The translations under genes were made by a program, and so were the position numbers. From positions 22,340-86,339 of the IMG/VR virus record IMGVR_UViG_3300001279_000031: a stretch of 64,000 bases of DNA; one strand, given 5' to 3'. The stretch is from a virus. Of the stretch, positions 14,603 to 24,339 are shown one piece after another (within the stretch, counting starts at the first letter, position 1; every line of letters begins with the position of its first letter). The notes under the pieces were generated by a model. That model was not told where the DNA came from. It saw only the letters and a list, made by a program, of their open reading frames with translations, and did no database searches.

Positions 14603-15536
14603 CTAACCATTTTTTAATACAATCAAAGCCATTTACTTTAATTGCATCTGAAATATCTTTTGCATGATACTTCTTGTTAATAAATATCGCGTTTAAGCCT
14701 GTTTTAAAGCTCTGTAAGCGCGTTTCTCTTACTCCGGTAACATCTCTATCAAACAAGATAAAAACGTTGTTAAATCGCTTTAAAATGCGTTTTAAGACTA
14801 TATCTGGTATAAATGTAGTTTCACTACTTACTGATATAGCGGCATAACCTAATTCATATAATGCCATTACATCTTTTAATGATTTTGTTATAAACAGGAT
14901 ATTACCAGATTTAGGTAATTGTTTATAACCTTGAATATCATATTCTGTTAAATTATTACGCCATTTTGTTTTTTTATTAGCTAATGGTCTATATATCTTA
15001 AAATGATTATATACTTTATACGAATACATAGGACAATCATCGCGATATGTAAATTTAACTATACCATTACATAAATAATATTTAATACTATTTACATTAA
15101 ATTTCTTTAGTGTGTTTATAGATATATTAAACTGTTGCCAATATTTTATATCGATATCTGTAAATTCCTGTCTAACTACTCCAATCAATGATTCTGACGG
15201 TTGTTCATAATGTTGAATTTCATGATACTTTGGTCGTATATCAATATTTGTATCTTTTGATATACGATGTAGAATCTGTTTAAAATCTTTTATACCTGTT
15301 ATTTTACTAACAAAAGATATTATATTACCACATTCACCAGTTCCATGATCTTTGTACATAAGATTCCCCCGTTTACCAACATATATGGCAAACGAGGGAT
15401 TTTTGTCTTTTCTAAAAGGAGATCTATATAACTTACCAATCTGAAAATCTTTAAAATATGTTTTATATATGTCATATTCTGAGATTTTTGTTAGTATATC
15501 ATTATATTCTAAATTTATATTATTTGTATCATACAT
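14541..15536 (-). CDS. dnaG: DNA primase (DnaG-like)
   Basis: N-terminal SPFRKDKNPSF...YKDHGTGECG and Toprim-like ITKSLKDVM...LFDRD. Confidence 0.85.
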   Translation of the reverse strand: MYDTNNINLEYNDILTKISEYDIYKTYFKDFQIGKLYRSPFRKDKNPSFAIYVGKRGNLMYKDHGTGECGNIISFVSKITGIKDFKQILHRISKDTNIDIRPKYHEIQHYEQPSESLIGVVRQEFTDIDIKYWQQFNISINTLKKFNVNSIKYYLCNGIVKFTYRDDCPMYSYKVYNHFKIYRPLANKKTKWRNNLTEYDIQGYKQLPKSGNILFITKSLKDVMALYELGYAAISVSSETTFIPDIVLKRILKRFNNVFILFDRDVTGVRETRLQSFKTGLNAIFINKKYHAKDISDAIKVNGFDCIKKWLDETTEKELERKSKKCDTNNY

Positions 15537-15545
15537 TTTATGATA

Positions 15546-16334
15546 TTAATAATTATAATATTTTCTAAATTCTTGTACACTTTTTTTCTTATAATAATCC
15601 GCAGATACGGGCATACCGGGTTCACCAAATTGCTCTTTTATTGGTAGTTCCCATACTCTATTCTAATATTTAGTAATACATTTATCATGTTCTTCATTCC
15701 ATGCTTGATTATAAAACCCATCAGAATAATGTCCAACATCTATTTTATAAGTAGTACCTATTTTTGCACCTAATTCTAGATTATCAATGCAGAATTCAAC
15801 ATCATAAAAATGGAATCCCTTTATCCAATCTTCATCATATTTAGTTTTTAACTATTTACGATTTATCATCATAAAAAAACCATCAACACATACAGATGGA
15901 ACTATATCTTCATGACGATAATTTGGAGCAAACATAACTATCATAGGTTTAGTCTTTTTACGATGTAAATCGTTTTTTCTAAACTATATTAATCCACCTA
16001 ATGGTATTCCACTTTTTCCTAACCAACTACCACAATCAAATTTATTACTACCCACAGCTCCTAATATTGCATAATCTGGATGTTCTGTAAATAGATCTTC
16101 GATTATTTTATTCCATCCATTAGTTAATAATATTATATCGTTGTGACATAATAATATAATATCATTTGGAGATTCTTTTATAACTTCGTTATATGCCTAG
16201 CAAATAGTTTTACCATTTGATTTATTACAAATCTTTGGTATTATATTTATTTCACCATCTGCTGTCTACTTTAAATTGTCTAAAAATTCTGTATCTTTAG
16301 ATAAATCTGGTGTACAAAACGCTACTGTTATCAT
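15546..16334 (-). CDS. GT-A fold glycosyltransferase, GT2-like (three internal TAG, 262 aa; absent from the ORF track)
   Basis: Manual translation: MITVAFCTP...TIC[TAG]AYNEVIKES.NDIILLCHNDI...GAVG...VDGFF...GFHFYDVEFC. TAGs at 16266, 16197 and 15663; TAA at 15546. Confidence 0.8.
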
Positions 16335-16352
16335 TGTTTTATTTATTATGGT

Positions 16353-16382
16353 AGTATAGGAAGCGATCAAACTTCCTATACT
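16353..16382. other. Perfect 11-bp intergenic hairpin (possible attenuator or processing site)
   Basis: agtataggaag-cgatcaaa-cttcctatact, between the SSB and glycosyltransferase genes. Confidence 0.55.
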
Positions 16383-16404
16383 TATTATATTCTTAAATAT
16401 TTAT

Positions 16405-17013
16405 TTAAAACGGTAGTTCTGATGCTTTAGTTCCATCAGTTGTCTCTGTCTTAATATCCTCGTTTACTTTTTCTTCTTTGTCTTCAACAATGGGGCGTTC
16501 AAATATATCAAAATCTTTTTTCTCGATAGTAGATGGATTAACAGACATTGGCTCAATGAATGTATATTTACTACTATTTGGAAATTGCTTATAACCACGT
16601 TTGTTATAAACTATTTTAATACGTACAGGTACATTCTCAACAGTACCGTCAATTACATTGTTTAACAAATCACTTATCCATGAACATAATTCACTAAACG
16701 TACTTACGTTTATATTTAGTTTATCTTCTGAATAATAACATTTTAATATTTGTAATATTCTAGACAATTGTCTATTTTGACGATCCTGAAATGCAGTATC
16801 TGTTTGATTTGCAATCTTACGAGGTTCCCATTCGGTGTTTATAAATGTTGCACCGTCTTTTTCAAATGTAAATTCGATAAATGAATTATTATTAATACTT
16901 TTATCTACACGTACTTTCGATAATTTAACATTCTCTTGAATTCCTGCTGAAAGAAATAAAGAATTATCTCTTTCGTTATCAACTTGTTTTATTGCTTCTA
17001 CTGAACTATACAT
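16405..17013 (-). CDS. Probable single-stranded DNA-binding protein
   Basis: Acidic tail ending ELPF; located next to the Sak4-like ATPase. Confidence 0.65.
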   Translation of the reverse strand: MYSSVEAIKQVDNERDNSLFLSAGIQENVKLSKVRVDKSINNNSFIEFTFEKDGATFINTEWEPRKIANQTDTAFQDRQNRQLSRILQILKCYYSEDKLNINVSTFSELCSWISDLLNNVIDGTVENVPVRIKIVYNKRGYKQFPNSSKYTFIEPMSVNPSTIEKKDFDIFERPIVEDKEEKVNEDIKTETTDGTKASELPF

Positions 17014-17018
17014 AATTA

Positions 17019-17774
17019 TTAATTTAGATTTGGTTTAAATATTTTATCCCAATAAGTAGTGATTTGTACATCACCATTCTCATTGATTTGTGACTCTGCT
17101 AGAGTTATTTCTTTTCCAGCTAAATGTGAAGCCCTGGCTTGTGAAATTAATCCACCGCCCTTAAAGCTAACAATAGTTTTATTATTTTTTCTATAAACAT
17201 ATCCAACAGCATCCGCTTCGCCTTCAACAATTCTAGCTAGTTTACCAACTAAGTCTAAATCCATTTTAGTGACTTCTTCGCCATCTTCATTTATATTTAT
17301 ATCTTTTGTATGACCAATTAATATAAATTCATCACACAAACCTTGAAATGTATGCAGCATTTCTTTAACTGCTGTTCTTATCCAAGGCCAACCACCACCA
17401 TGTTCCATAGTACGAATGTCAGTACCTTTATAGTTTTTACCTTGCGGTGTTCGCCTATAAAGTTCTATTGCATAGTCCATACATATTTCTTCTAGTGCTG
17501 TAGAATTATCTATTGTTATACGTTTGTATACGTTATGCCCCGCTTCTTTATTTTTCAAATATATAGCATTTGCTATTTCTTTTAAATGTTCAGCTGTTCT
17601 AGCTTGGACTGCTACTGCATCCATAAATTGAGAGCCACCTTCTAAATCTATAATTAAATTGTTATCTAATTTAGCAGCTAGCGTTGTTTTACCAGTTTTT
17701 GGTAAACCAAACAAAATCAAGAATCGAGGATTTTGTATTTTAGCCTTTATAGGCTCTGTTGGTAATATTAGCAT
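17019..17774 (-). CDS. AAA_24/Sak4-like ATPase (single-strand annealing recombinase)
   Basis: Motifs FGLPKTGKTT, IDLEGG, ITIDN, LIGH and ADAVGY. Confidence 0.8.
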   Translation of the reverse strand: MLILPTEPIKAKIQNPRFLILFGLPKTGKTTLAAKLDNNLIIDLEGGSQFMDAVAVQARTAEHLKEIANAIYLKNKEAGHNVYKRITIDNSTALEEICMDYAIELYRRTPQGKNYKGTDIRTMEHGGGWPWIRTAVKEMLHTFQGLCDEFILIGHTKDININEDGEEVTKMDLDLVGKLARIVEGEADAVGYVYRKNNKTIVSFKGGGLISQARASHLAGKEITLAESQINENGDVQITTYWDKIFKPNLN

Positions 17775-17825
17775 AATTTTATTTGTTTATTATTTATACT
17801 ACCTTTGAAATTTTTGCTATATTTG

Positions 17826-18278
17826 TTAAATTATATAAAACGATTTGTGTTTTTTTATTTTAATTATAATGTCAATTACTTCACGATTTACAATACGATG
17901 ATTGCTATTCATGTATAACGACATTGGAAAATATTTACGAGGAATTAGGTCATAACCTACTTGTACAAAATCACCACGATCTTTTACTGGTGTATTACCA
18001 AGCATAAAATCATAGTCGTCATGTCCTTCTGTAAAATTATTACCTTCAAAATAAATATATAAATCTTTATCTTTGTTTGTGGTCTTATGTGGATCACCGA
18101 AGATACCAATAATATCTTCTAAATTATATTTAGGAATTAAATTCATATTTTTATTAGTGTCCATATATGGATATTTATTAAATATATTTGTTAACAGCAT
18201 TTCATTCAATGCGTTATTATCACTAATATTATTACTATTATTGCCTTTATTTTCTACTTTAAATGTATATTCTTTCAT
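17826..18278 (-). CDS. Hypothetical protein
   Basis: 150-aa ORF in the operon. Confidence 0.65.
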   Translation of the reverse strand: MKEYTFKVENKGNNSNNISDNNALNEMLLTNIFNKYPYMDTNKNMNLIPKYNLEDIIGIFGDPHKTTNKDKDLYIYFEGNNFTEGHDDYDFMLGNTPVKDRGDFVQVGYDLIPRKYFPMSLYMNSNHRIVNREVIDIIIKIKKHKSFYII

Positions 18279-18303
18279 ATTGCTAAAATTTTTTAATTGG
18301 TAC

Positions 18304-19242
18304 TTATAAGTTAAGTTCTTCTTTTAGGTCATTGTAAGCTAAGTTGTTCTCGAATTGTAAGATTGCTGGTTTTCCAGCATCTCTATTTTTAATAATGTGT
18401 AAAAACACTTTATTATCTGTTCTCCAATGATTTACTCCATAACTTGAAATGCCTAATATTTCAGGACGATGAATTACTATTACATAATCACTTGCTTGAA
18501 ATATAGAATCTGCTGAACTTATATCACTTCGCATTGGGAAGTGCATTGCTGGATTATTAACTCTATCTGGTTTTTCTATCTCTCGGTTCATTTGAGCTAC
18601 TTGTATTATACTTGTTAACGGTAATTTCTTAACGTCAATAAATACTCTTTGCAACGAACTCACAGTATCTAATACTGATCCTACTTGATTAGTAAGTAAG
18701 ACATGGTCAAATATCACTATAAAATACTTTCCAGTATTTTCTACATGATCTCGATAGAAAGACATAATTGTTTTTCTAATTTGGTCTGGTGTACCAGATT
18801 TATCACAATAATATATTGGATATGATTTAAATTGACTTGCTACTTTAATGACTGCACCGAAAGAGGCGTCATCAAGGTCCTCGTAGGCACTATACAATTC
18901 AGAAGTTGTCTTATGCAGTTTGCTTGTGATCTTTCTTCCAATTTGTCTATAGCTCATCATTTCCAAATTAAATGATAAAACAATTACTTCTTTATCAGAA
19001 TTTTGTTCTATTAAATCAGTTTCAATCGTGTTCACAAATGAAGATTTACCACTACCAGATATACCAGTTATGGTATATACAGTATTAGGTTCTATTCCAC
19101 CCATACAATACTTGTTGAATTTATGCCAATGTGTCTTTAAAGACTCAATTGTATGTTCTTTACGAGCTTTTACATAATCAATTAATTGTTGTGAAGCTGT
19201 AGATATATTATCTATTTTAAGTTCAGATGAGTTCTGTACCAT
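18304..19242 (-). CDS. dnaB: DnaB-like (SF4) replicative helicase
   Basis: Motifs GISGSGKS, FNLEM, IFDH, QMNREIE, SDI...IFQASD and IIKNRD. Confidence 0.9.
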   Translation of the reverse strand: MVQNSSELKIDNISTASQQLIDYVKARKEHTIESLKTHWHKFNKYCMGGIEPNTVYTITGISGSGKSSFVNTIETDLIEQNSDKEVIVLSFNLEMMSYRQIGRKITSKLHKTTSELYSAYEDLDDASFGAVIKVASQFKSYPIYYCDKSGTPDQIRKTIMSFYRDHVENTGKYFIVIFDHVLLTNQVGSVLDTVSSLQRVFIDVKKLPLTSIIQVAQMNREIEKPDRVNNPAMHFPMRSDISSADSIFQASDYVIVIHRPEILGISSYGVNHWRTDNKVFLHIIKNRDAGKPAILQFENNLAYNDLKEELNL

Positions 19243-19789
19243 AATCAGCTTTTTTTATAGGTTGAATAATATCTTCTTTCATTTGTTGTTCAGAAGTTTC
19301 CCATTCGTGGCTTGTTAGCCACTTGTACATAGTTTTCATATATCCTAATTTATTAGTCATCATCTTATTATCAATTTCGTGTTGTAAACATTCCATAATA
19401 TGATTATGCATTGCAACGCTTTTACCGATTGTTTGACGATATAATATACGACACCTATTTACATTAGTTCTTAAATAACCACGAGTACCATCGGGTCTTT
19501 GAACTATAGCTGGGAATAAGTTGTAAAATTGTTCAAAAGGATCATCTATATTGCCTATCAAATCCTTGAACTCTTGAGTTACCTCATATACACTTGTAGT
19601 ATCATTTTTAGCACATGATACCAACTTTCTGTCTATTAAATCTTGTATTTCTTTATCTGCAATAAGGCTAATTACAGACGTGTCTTTTTGATTATTAGTT
19701 GATTTATCTACTACAAGATTTAAGAACACTAACTGTTCTAATGTTAATCCTTTTATTTTTTTTAAATAACTAGTGTCTATATTAATCAT
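19223..19789 (-). CDS. Putative replication initiator or helicase-loader-like protein
   Basis: N-terminal winged-helix-like segment and a FEQFYNLFP...WL C-terminal pattern; lies between PolB and DnaB. Confidence 0.5.
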   Translation of the reverse strand: MINIDTSYLKKIKGLTLEQLVFLNLVVDKSTNNQKDTSVISLIADKEIQDLIDRKLVSCAKNDTTSVYEVTQEFKDLIGNIDDPFEQFYNLFPAIVQRPDGTRGYLRTNVNRCRILYRQTIGKSVAMHNHIMECLQHEIDNKMMTNKLGYMKTMYKWLTSHEWETSEQQMKEDIIQPIKKADYGTELI

Positions 19790-19842
19790 ATTCTTACTAT
19801 TAAATAGCTTGTTTATGTTTGTAGACTTTTGTTATGTTTGTA

Positions 19843-21768
19843 TTACCACAAGCTTAATTGTCGTGGTTGGATCTTTTCAATTATTTTACGTGCTTCACTT
19901 ATATAATAAGCAAAGTTTATATTTTTTGGCATTTCTGTCGGTAATTTATTCAGGAGCGTTACTCCTGAAGCGCAAACTATAGTTTCATAATTAGTTCTTC
20001 TACCATTAACGATTTCACATCTCTTTAAATATGCGCCATCAGTAGATGCATAAAATCTATTTATACGTTGAACTAATTCGTTATTGTATTCTACTGAAAA
20101 TTTCTTATTTACTTTTTGGTATGTAAGAAATCTTCTAATATCTTTACAGGATTTTATTGTCTGCTCTATTGGTGTTCCAAATACCAAATAGTCTATAACA
20201 GCATCCTTTATAATAAGATATTCCATTCCCTTACCTAATTTGGTTTTGTTTATGAACATACCTTTTAACTTAATTAGTTTCTTGTCACGTGATTCAGTAA
20301 AGCCTTCACTAACTGCTATATAATCATTTATAGCAAATTGATACATTGCTTCATACTTATCTTCTTCTAAATTAAGTTGTGTTAGCTTTTCCCATTCATT
20401 ACATTTCTGTTTGAATAGTTCATATGTGCTCTTTTTTACAATAACAAACAAACCATCAGTATTTGCTTGAACAATCTTTATACCAACGTTTACTAATTTT
20501 TCAACTAGCATCAATAGTAGTAATTGACCATTTATCCTAATCTTCATAACAGTTTCTGGGGAATATACCCAACTGTTCTCATTTTGAAGATTGCCAGACA
20601 GTCCATTTAAACAATATTTAAACGTTATATTCTTTAATTTTTCTCCATTATGCTTTGCTTCAATTCTTTCTTTTTTAATATTAGAATAAATCTTTACAAA
20701 CACATTATTTAAATGTGGTGGACAAAAATTATAAGATATTAATAACGATGGATATAGTGATTCTACATCAACATCTATTAAATATTCATCTACTTTGGGT
20801 TTAATAGTCTCAGGATTGTTCTGAGTATGAATACCACCAACCCCAACTGAATACTTACAATGATCATAAATAAATTTATTATTGTAAGCCCTTCTTCCGG
20901 CTGATACAGTTTGTTCTTTCATTTCTTCAAGAACTTTTTTCAAAATTGGAGTATCAAATTTTATAAATGGCAAAATAATATCATTTAATTTTATAGTAGC
21001 TTTTGGACTACGTAAATCTTTTATATCTTCCCATTTTAAATGAGTACTCTGTAGGTACTTTTGTTTAAGAATTTCCATACCAATATTAACATCATCTCTA
21101 GATAAACAAGATATGTTATATGTATCTTCAATCCATATTCTTAAATCTAATTGTTCTTTACAACGATTTAATAGTTCTATAGTAGCATTAACATCATTTA
21201 GATTATAAGCTATCATTTCATCTATTTTATTAATAGGTAAAAAATCATTGAAATCGCCATTAAATTCTTGTACATTATTAAAGTTCATAGTTACTTCCAT
21301 TTCCTTTAATCCTGTTCTTAATTTAGATGAAAACAGCATTGTTAATAAATCAATACTTTCAAAGTATTGCATATATTTCCAATGCTTCCACATGTCTTGA
21401 TTTTTCTCATTTATAATTATATCTGATAAGTTTTTAATACTATTACATATTCGTGTATATGGCGAATTTATAAGTATTGTACCATATTCAATTATATAAT
21501 TAATAATAGGATTATCATAATGATGATTGTTATATCCTACAAAATAAGTATCTGTATGAAATTTCTTGTGTAATTTATAATCATTCTCCCAACCACGTTG
21601 CTGGGGAATCCTTTTAAAGAATTTTATTATATCTATAATATCATTTTTTCGTTCTGATATTTCAAACATAACAATTTTCTCAGTTTCAGTATTCTTAATA
21701 GTAAGATGAAAAACATTTACAAACACTTCAATATCAAATACCCATAATGTTTTATCTCTTATTATCAT
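19843..21768 (-). CDS. polB: Family B DNA polymerase
   Basis: ExoI FDIE, ExoII GYNNHHYD, ExoIII YNLNDV; polymerase motifs DVESLYPS, KYCLNGLSG, ANTDG and KG. Confidence 0.93.
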   Translation of the reverse strand: MIIRDKTLWVFDIEVFVNVFHLTIKNTETEKIVMFEISERKNDIIDIIKFFKRIPQQRGWENDYKLHKKFHTDTYFVGYNNHHYDNPIINYIIEYGTILINSPYTRICNSIKNLSDIIINEKNQDMWKHWKYMQYFESIDLLTMLFSSKLRTGLKEMEVTMNFNNVQEFNGDFNDFLPINKIDEMIAYNLNDVNATIELLNRCKEQLDLRIWIEDTYNISCLSRDDVNIGMEILKQKYLQSTHLKWEDIKDLRSPKATIKLNDIILPFIKFDTPILKKVLEEMKEQTVSAGRRAYNNKFIYDHCKYSVGVGGIHTQNNPETIKPKVDEYLIDVDVESLYPSLLISYNFCPPHLNNVFVKIYSNIKKERIEAKHNGEKLKNITFKYCLNGLSGNLQNENSWVYSPETVMKIRINGQLLLLMLVEKLVNVGIKIVQANTDGLFVIVKKSTYELFKQKCNEWEKLTQLNLEEDKYEAMYQFAINDYIAVSEGFTESRDKKLIKLKGMFINKTKLGKGMEYLIIKDAVIDYLVFGTPIEQTIKSCKDIRRFLTYQKVNKKFSVEYNNELVQRINRFYASTDGAYLKRCEIVNGRRTNYETIVCASGVTLLNKLPTEMPKNINFAYYISEARKIIEKIQPRQLSLW

Positions 21769-21770
21769 TT

Positions 21771-22412
21771 CTATGCTGTTAAACTATAATGTAAATTTTC
21801 TTTATTTAGAATACATTTTTCTTTATAACTTTTATTTCCCATACTAATATAAAAACTTTCATTATTTATATTATTATATAAAGTTATAAACTTATCATCT
21901 TTAATTTTTTTGGAAAATAGTAATGTTAATTTTTGTAAATCAGCTACATTTTTTGTAGAATTGAAATATATTTTTCTTTGTAAATGTAACATTCCAGGAT
22001 GATATTCTTTGATATCTACTCTATATTTATACTTATTATTTATTACTTTTTTTCCAAAATGTCTATGACTAGAACGAGGATCAGCCAATGTTTGTGCTAA
22101 TCTAAGTTCTTGAATAGCTAAAGTTGCATCTTTTTTGTTTTCAGCTAAAAATTTTAACTTTTTTATACAACTATAACATATTCTATCACGATAATATTCA
22201 ATTAATTTTTTATGATCAATCGATTTATTAATAGATTTTGGTTGTACTCTACGAAAAATATTAAAATTGTGTTTACCACTTATGATTTCATACGCTATAC
22301 CATTTTTAAAAACAATTTGTTTTTTAGGCTTATCGATATAAGCCTTTCCTTTAAAATCACGCCAATTATTTAATTGATGTGAATATTTCTTTAATACTTC
22401 TTTGTCTATCAT
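21771..22412 (-). CDS. Basic hypothetical protein
   Basis: 213-aa ORF ending TAG-AAA-TGA, with the TGA overlapping the polB ATG. Confidence 0.65.
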   Translation of the reverse strand: MIDKEVLKKYSHQLNNWRDFKGKAYIDKPKKQIVFKNGIAYEIISGKHNFNIFRRVQPKSINKSIDHKKLIEYYRDRICYSCIKKLKFLAENKKDATLAIQELRLAQTLADPRSSHRHFGKKVINNKYKYRVDIKEYHPGMLHLQRKIYFNSTKNVADLQKLTLLFSKKIKDDKFITLYNNINNESFYISMGNKSYKEKCILNKENLHYSLTA

Positions 22413-22975
22413 GCTGCTATATACAAATTTAGTTCTTCTTTCTTTACATCTAAATCAATAAAAGTACTATTATTATAATCTTCCATTTGCTTATTTACTT
22501 TATTTATTTTAAGTAATAAAGCATGTTTCATACGTCCAATAGCTTTACCATCAAATGTTTCTATTAATTTATGTTTTACTACAGTACCTTCAGTTAATGG
22601 TTTTAATGTATGAATTGTTTCTAAATGAGAAAGTTCTTCTTTCAATTCGCAAGCTTGAAATATTGTTTCAAAGTTTGTGTGTTTACTTATTAATGATAAG
22701 TCAATATGTTTGTTTTTATCAAACATACCAAGATTTATTGCTTGTAACATCATTTTTAATCTAACTCTTTTATTTGAAAGTTGATGTATAGTATTTAAAA
22801 GAGCTTTTAGATCATATCCTGATCCAACATTTGCTTTACTTTTATCATCACTCATAATATTTTCTGAGCGTATTACGCGCCAATATTTATTTATATCCGA
22901 ATCTATGCGCTTACGGATTGATATAATGTCATTTGAATTTACTAACATATTTATTTTGATTTTAACATTAAACAT
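22409..22975 (-). CDS. Hypothetical protein (helical/coiled-coil)
   Basis: 188-aa ORF with an ATGA overlap to the next gene. Confidence 0.7.
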   Translation of the reverse strand: MFNVKIKINMLVNSNDIISIRKRIDSDINKYWRVIRSENIMSDDKSKANVGSGYDLKALLNTIHQLSNKRVRLKMMLQAINLGMFDKNKHIDLSLISKHTNFETIFQACELKEELSHLETIHTLKPLTEGTVVKHKLIETFDGKAIGRMKHALLLKINKVNKQMEDYNNSTFIDLDVKKEELNLYIAA

Positions 22976-23060
22976 ATATTAATCAAATTCGAGACATTAG
23001 AAAACAGTGTGAGTAGTATAGAAACCAATCTATAGCGATAAAAACGACTACTACCCTAAG

Positions 23061-23127
23061 TGGTAAGATAAGGAGTCAAACCTCATTCCACATTTCTGTG
23101 TGCATTATCATCAATGTTAATCTTACC
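23061..23127 (-). ncRNA. tRNA-like RNA lacking an anticodon loop
   Basis: Acceptor stem GGTAAGA/TCTTACC plus A; T-arm TGAGG-TTTGACT-CCTTA; D-like arm CATT/AATG; third arm CACA-GAAA-TGTG. Confidence 0.55.
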
Positions 23128-23199
23128 AAAAATATCGAGCTCCAACCATAGCTCTATATATTATTATATTATATTCCAACCAAATAATAATCAAGAATT

Positions 23200-23703
23200 T
23201 TATTCAGGGATAATTTTTAACCTTATAACAGGTCCATAATTCTCCCCACTATTTAATCTGCATACACCTTCAACAGTTTTACACTGTTTATTATTAATGT
23301 TAACAAATTTAGAACCAACAATATTACTTCCTCCACCAAAACGAGCATTATCAAATAATGCATCAACTACAGTTATATAGTCATCATTTTCAATTGCTTT
23401 TTCTACAATAGTATTCACCAATCCATTAAATACTATTTTATTTTTATCTTTACCTACTCCACTCAACACACGTGCAGCCTTAAATGCAAAATCAGAAAAA
23501 GTAAATTCTTTATAATCGCCAAGTAGATTTCCCCACCATTTTCCACCTGAGTTATTATAATATGCTACTATATTACCATTGTTTTGTATTACTATATTTC
23601 TTGGTAATTGATTGTTTTTATTTAATATACTAAGAATTGATGGATCGTCTAATAAATCTTGAATATGTCTTTTGTCACATTCTCTTAATTTACATTTGTC
23701 CAT
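23200..23703 (-). CDS. Hypothetical protein
   Basis: 167-aa ORF. Confidence 0.7.
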   Translation of the reverse strand: MDKCKLRECDKRHIQDLLDDPSILSILNKNNQLPRNIVIQNNGNIVAYYNNSGGKWWGNLLGDYKEFTFSDFAFKAARVLSGVGKDKNKIVFNGLVNTIVEKAIENDDYITVVDALFDNARFGGGSNIVGSKFVNINNKQCKTVEGVCRLNSGENYGPVIRLKIIPE

Positions 23704-23707
23704 ACCA

Positions 23708-24331
23708 TTATTCTACTGTTGTTTCTGAATGTATTCCTACATTTATTTCTAGTTCACTATCATTACTATAATTATTGTATTTACGATAATCTTGTAATAG
23801 TAGTGAATTTTGTTCTGCTAATTGAGAATACATAGCTGCCATTCTAGTATATTCTTCAGCTACTTTCTTTGCATCTTCAGCACTTGTTCGATTAAGAGCA
23901 CTTACTTCGATTATTAATTTCTCCAAGTCAGAAAAATAAGTAGTTTTCTCACCTTTCGACCTATCAAATTCATCACATGCTTGTGCTACAGAGGCTGTAT
24001 TTGGCATAATTATGTTTTCTGAAGGATCAGTAAGAGGAAATCGCAGTGCTTTTCCTTCTTTACTATCAAAAATTATTACACCATGCTCATTAGCATCAAT
24101 TTCTATGTGAGCTCCTAAAATAGGAATTCTACTAATAACTATTTGTTTAAACGGTCTTAGCATTACATTCTCACCAGCTGCTCTACGTTTATTATAAGTA
24201 AGATCAGCATTTGTTCTGTTTACTGTATATAAATCACGAAAACAGAATTGTCCGTATTTACGGAGAATTTCATTATTTTGATCATGTATTGCGGTAATAC
24301 GCATTACATGTTCCGTTGATTGATTTTCCAT
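23708..24331 (-). CDS. Hypothetical protein
   Basis: 207-aa ORF with an AT-rich leader. Confidence 0.75.
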   Translation of the reverse strand: MENQSTEHVMRITAIHDQNNEILRKYGQFCFRDLYTVNRTNADLTYNKRRAAGENVMLRPFKQIVISRIPILGAHIEIDANEHGVIIFDSKEGKALRFPLTDPSENIIMPNTASVAQACDEFDRSKGEKTTYFSDLEKLIIEVSALNRTSAEDAKKVAEEYTRMAAMYSQLAEQNSLLLQDYRKYNNYSNDSELEINVGIHSETTVE

Positions 24332-24339
24332 TCTTGATA

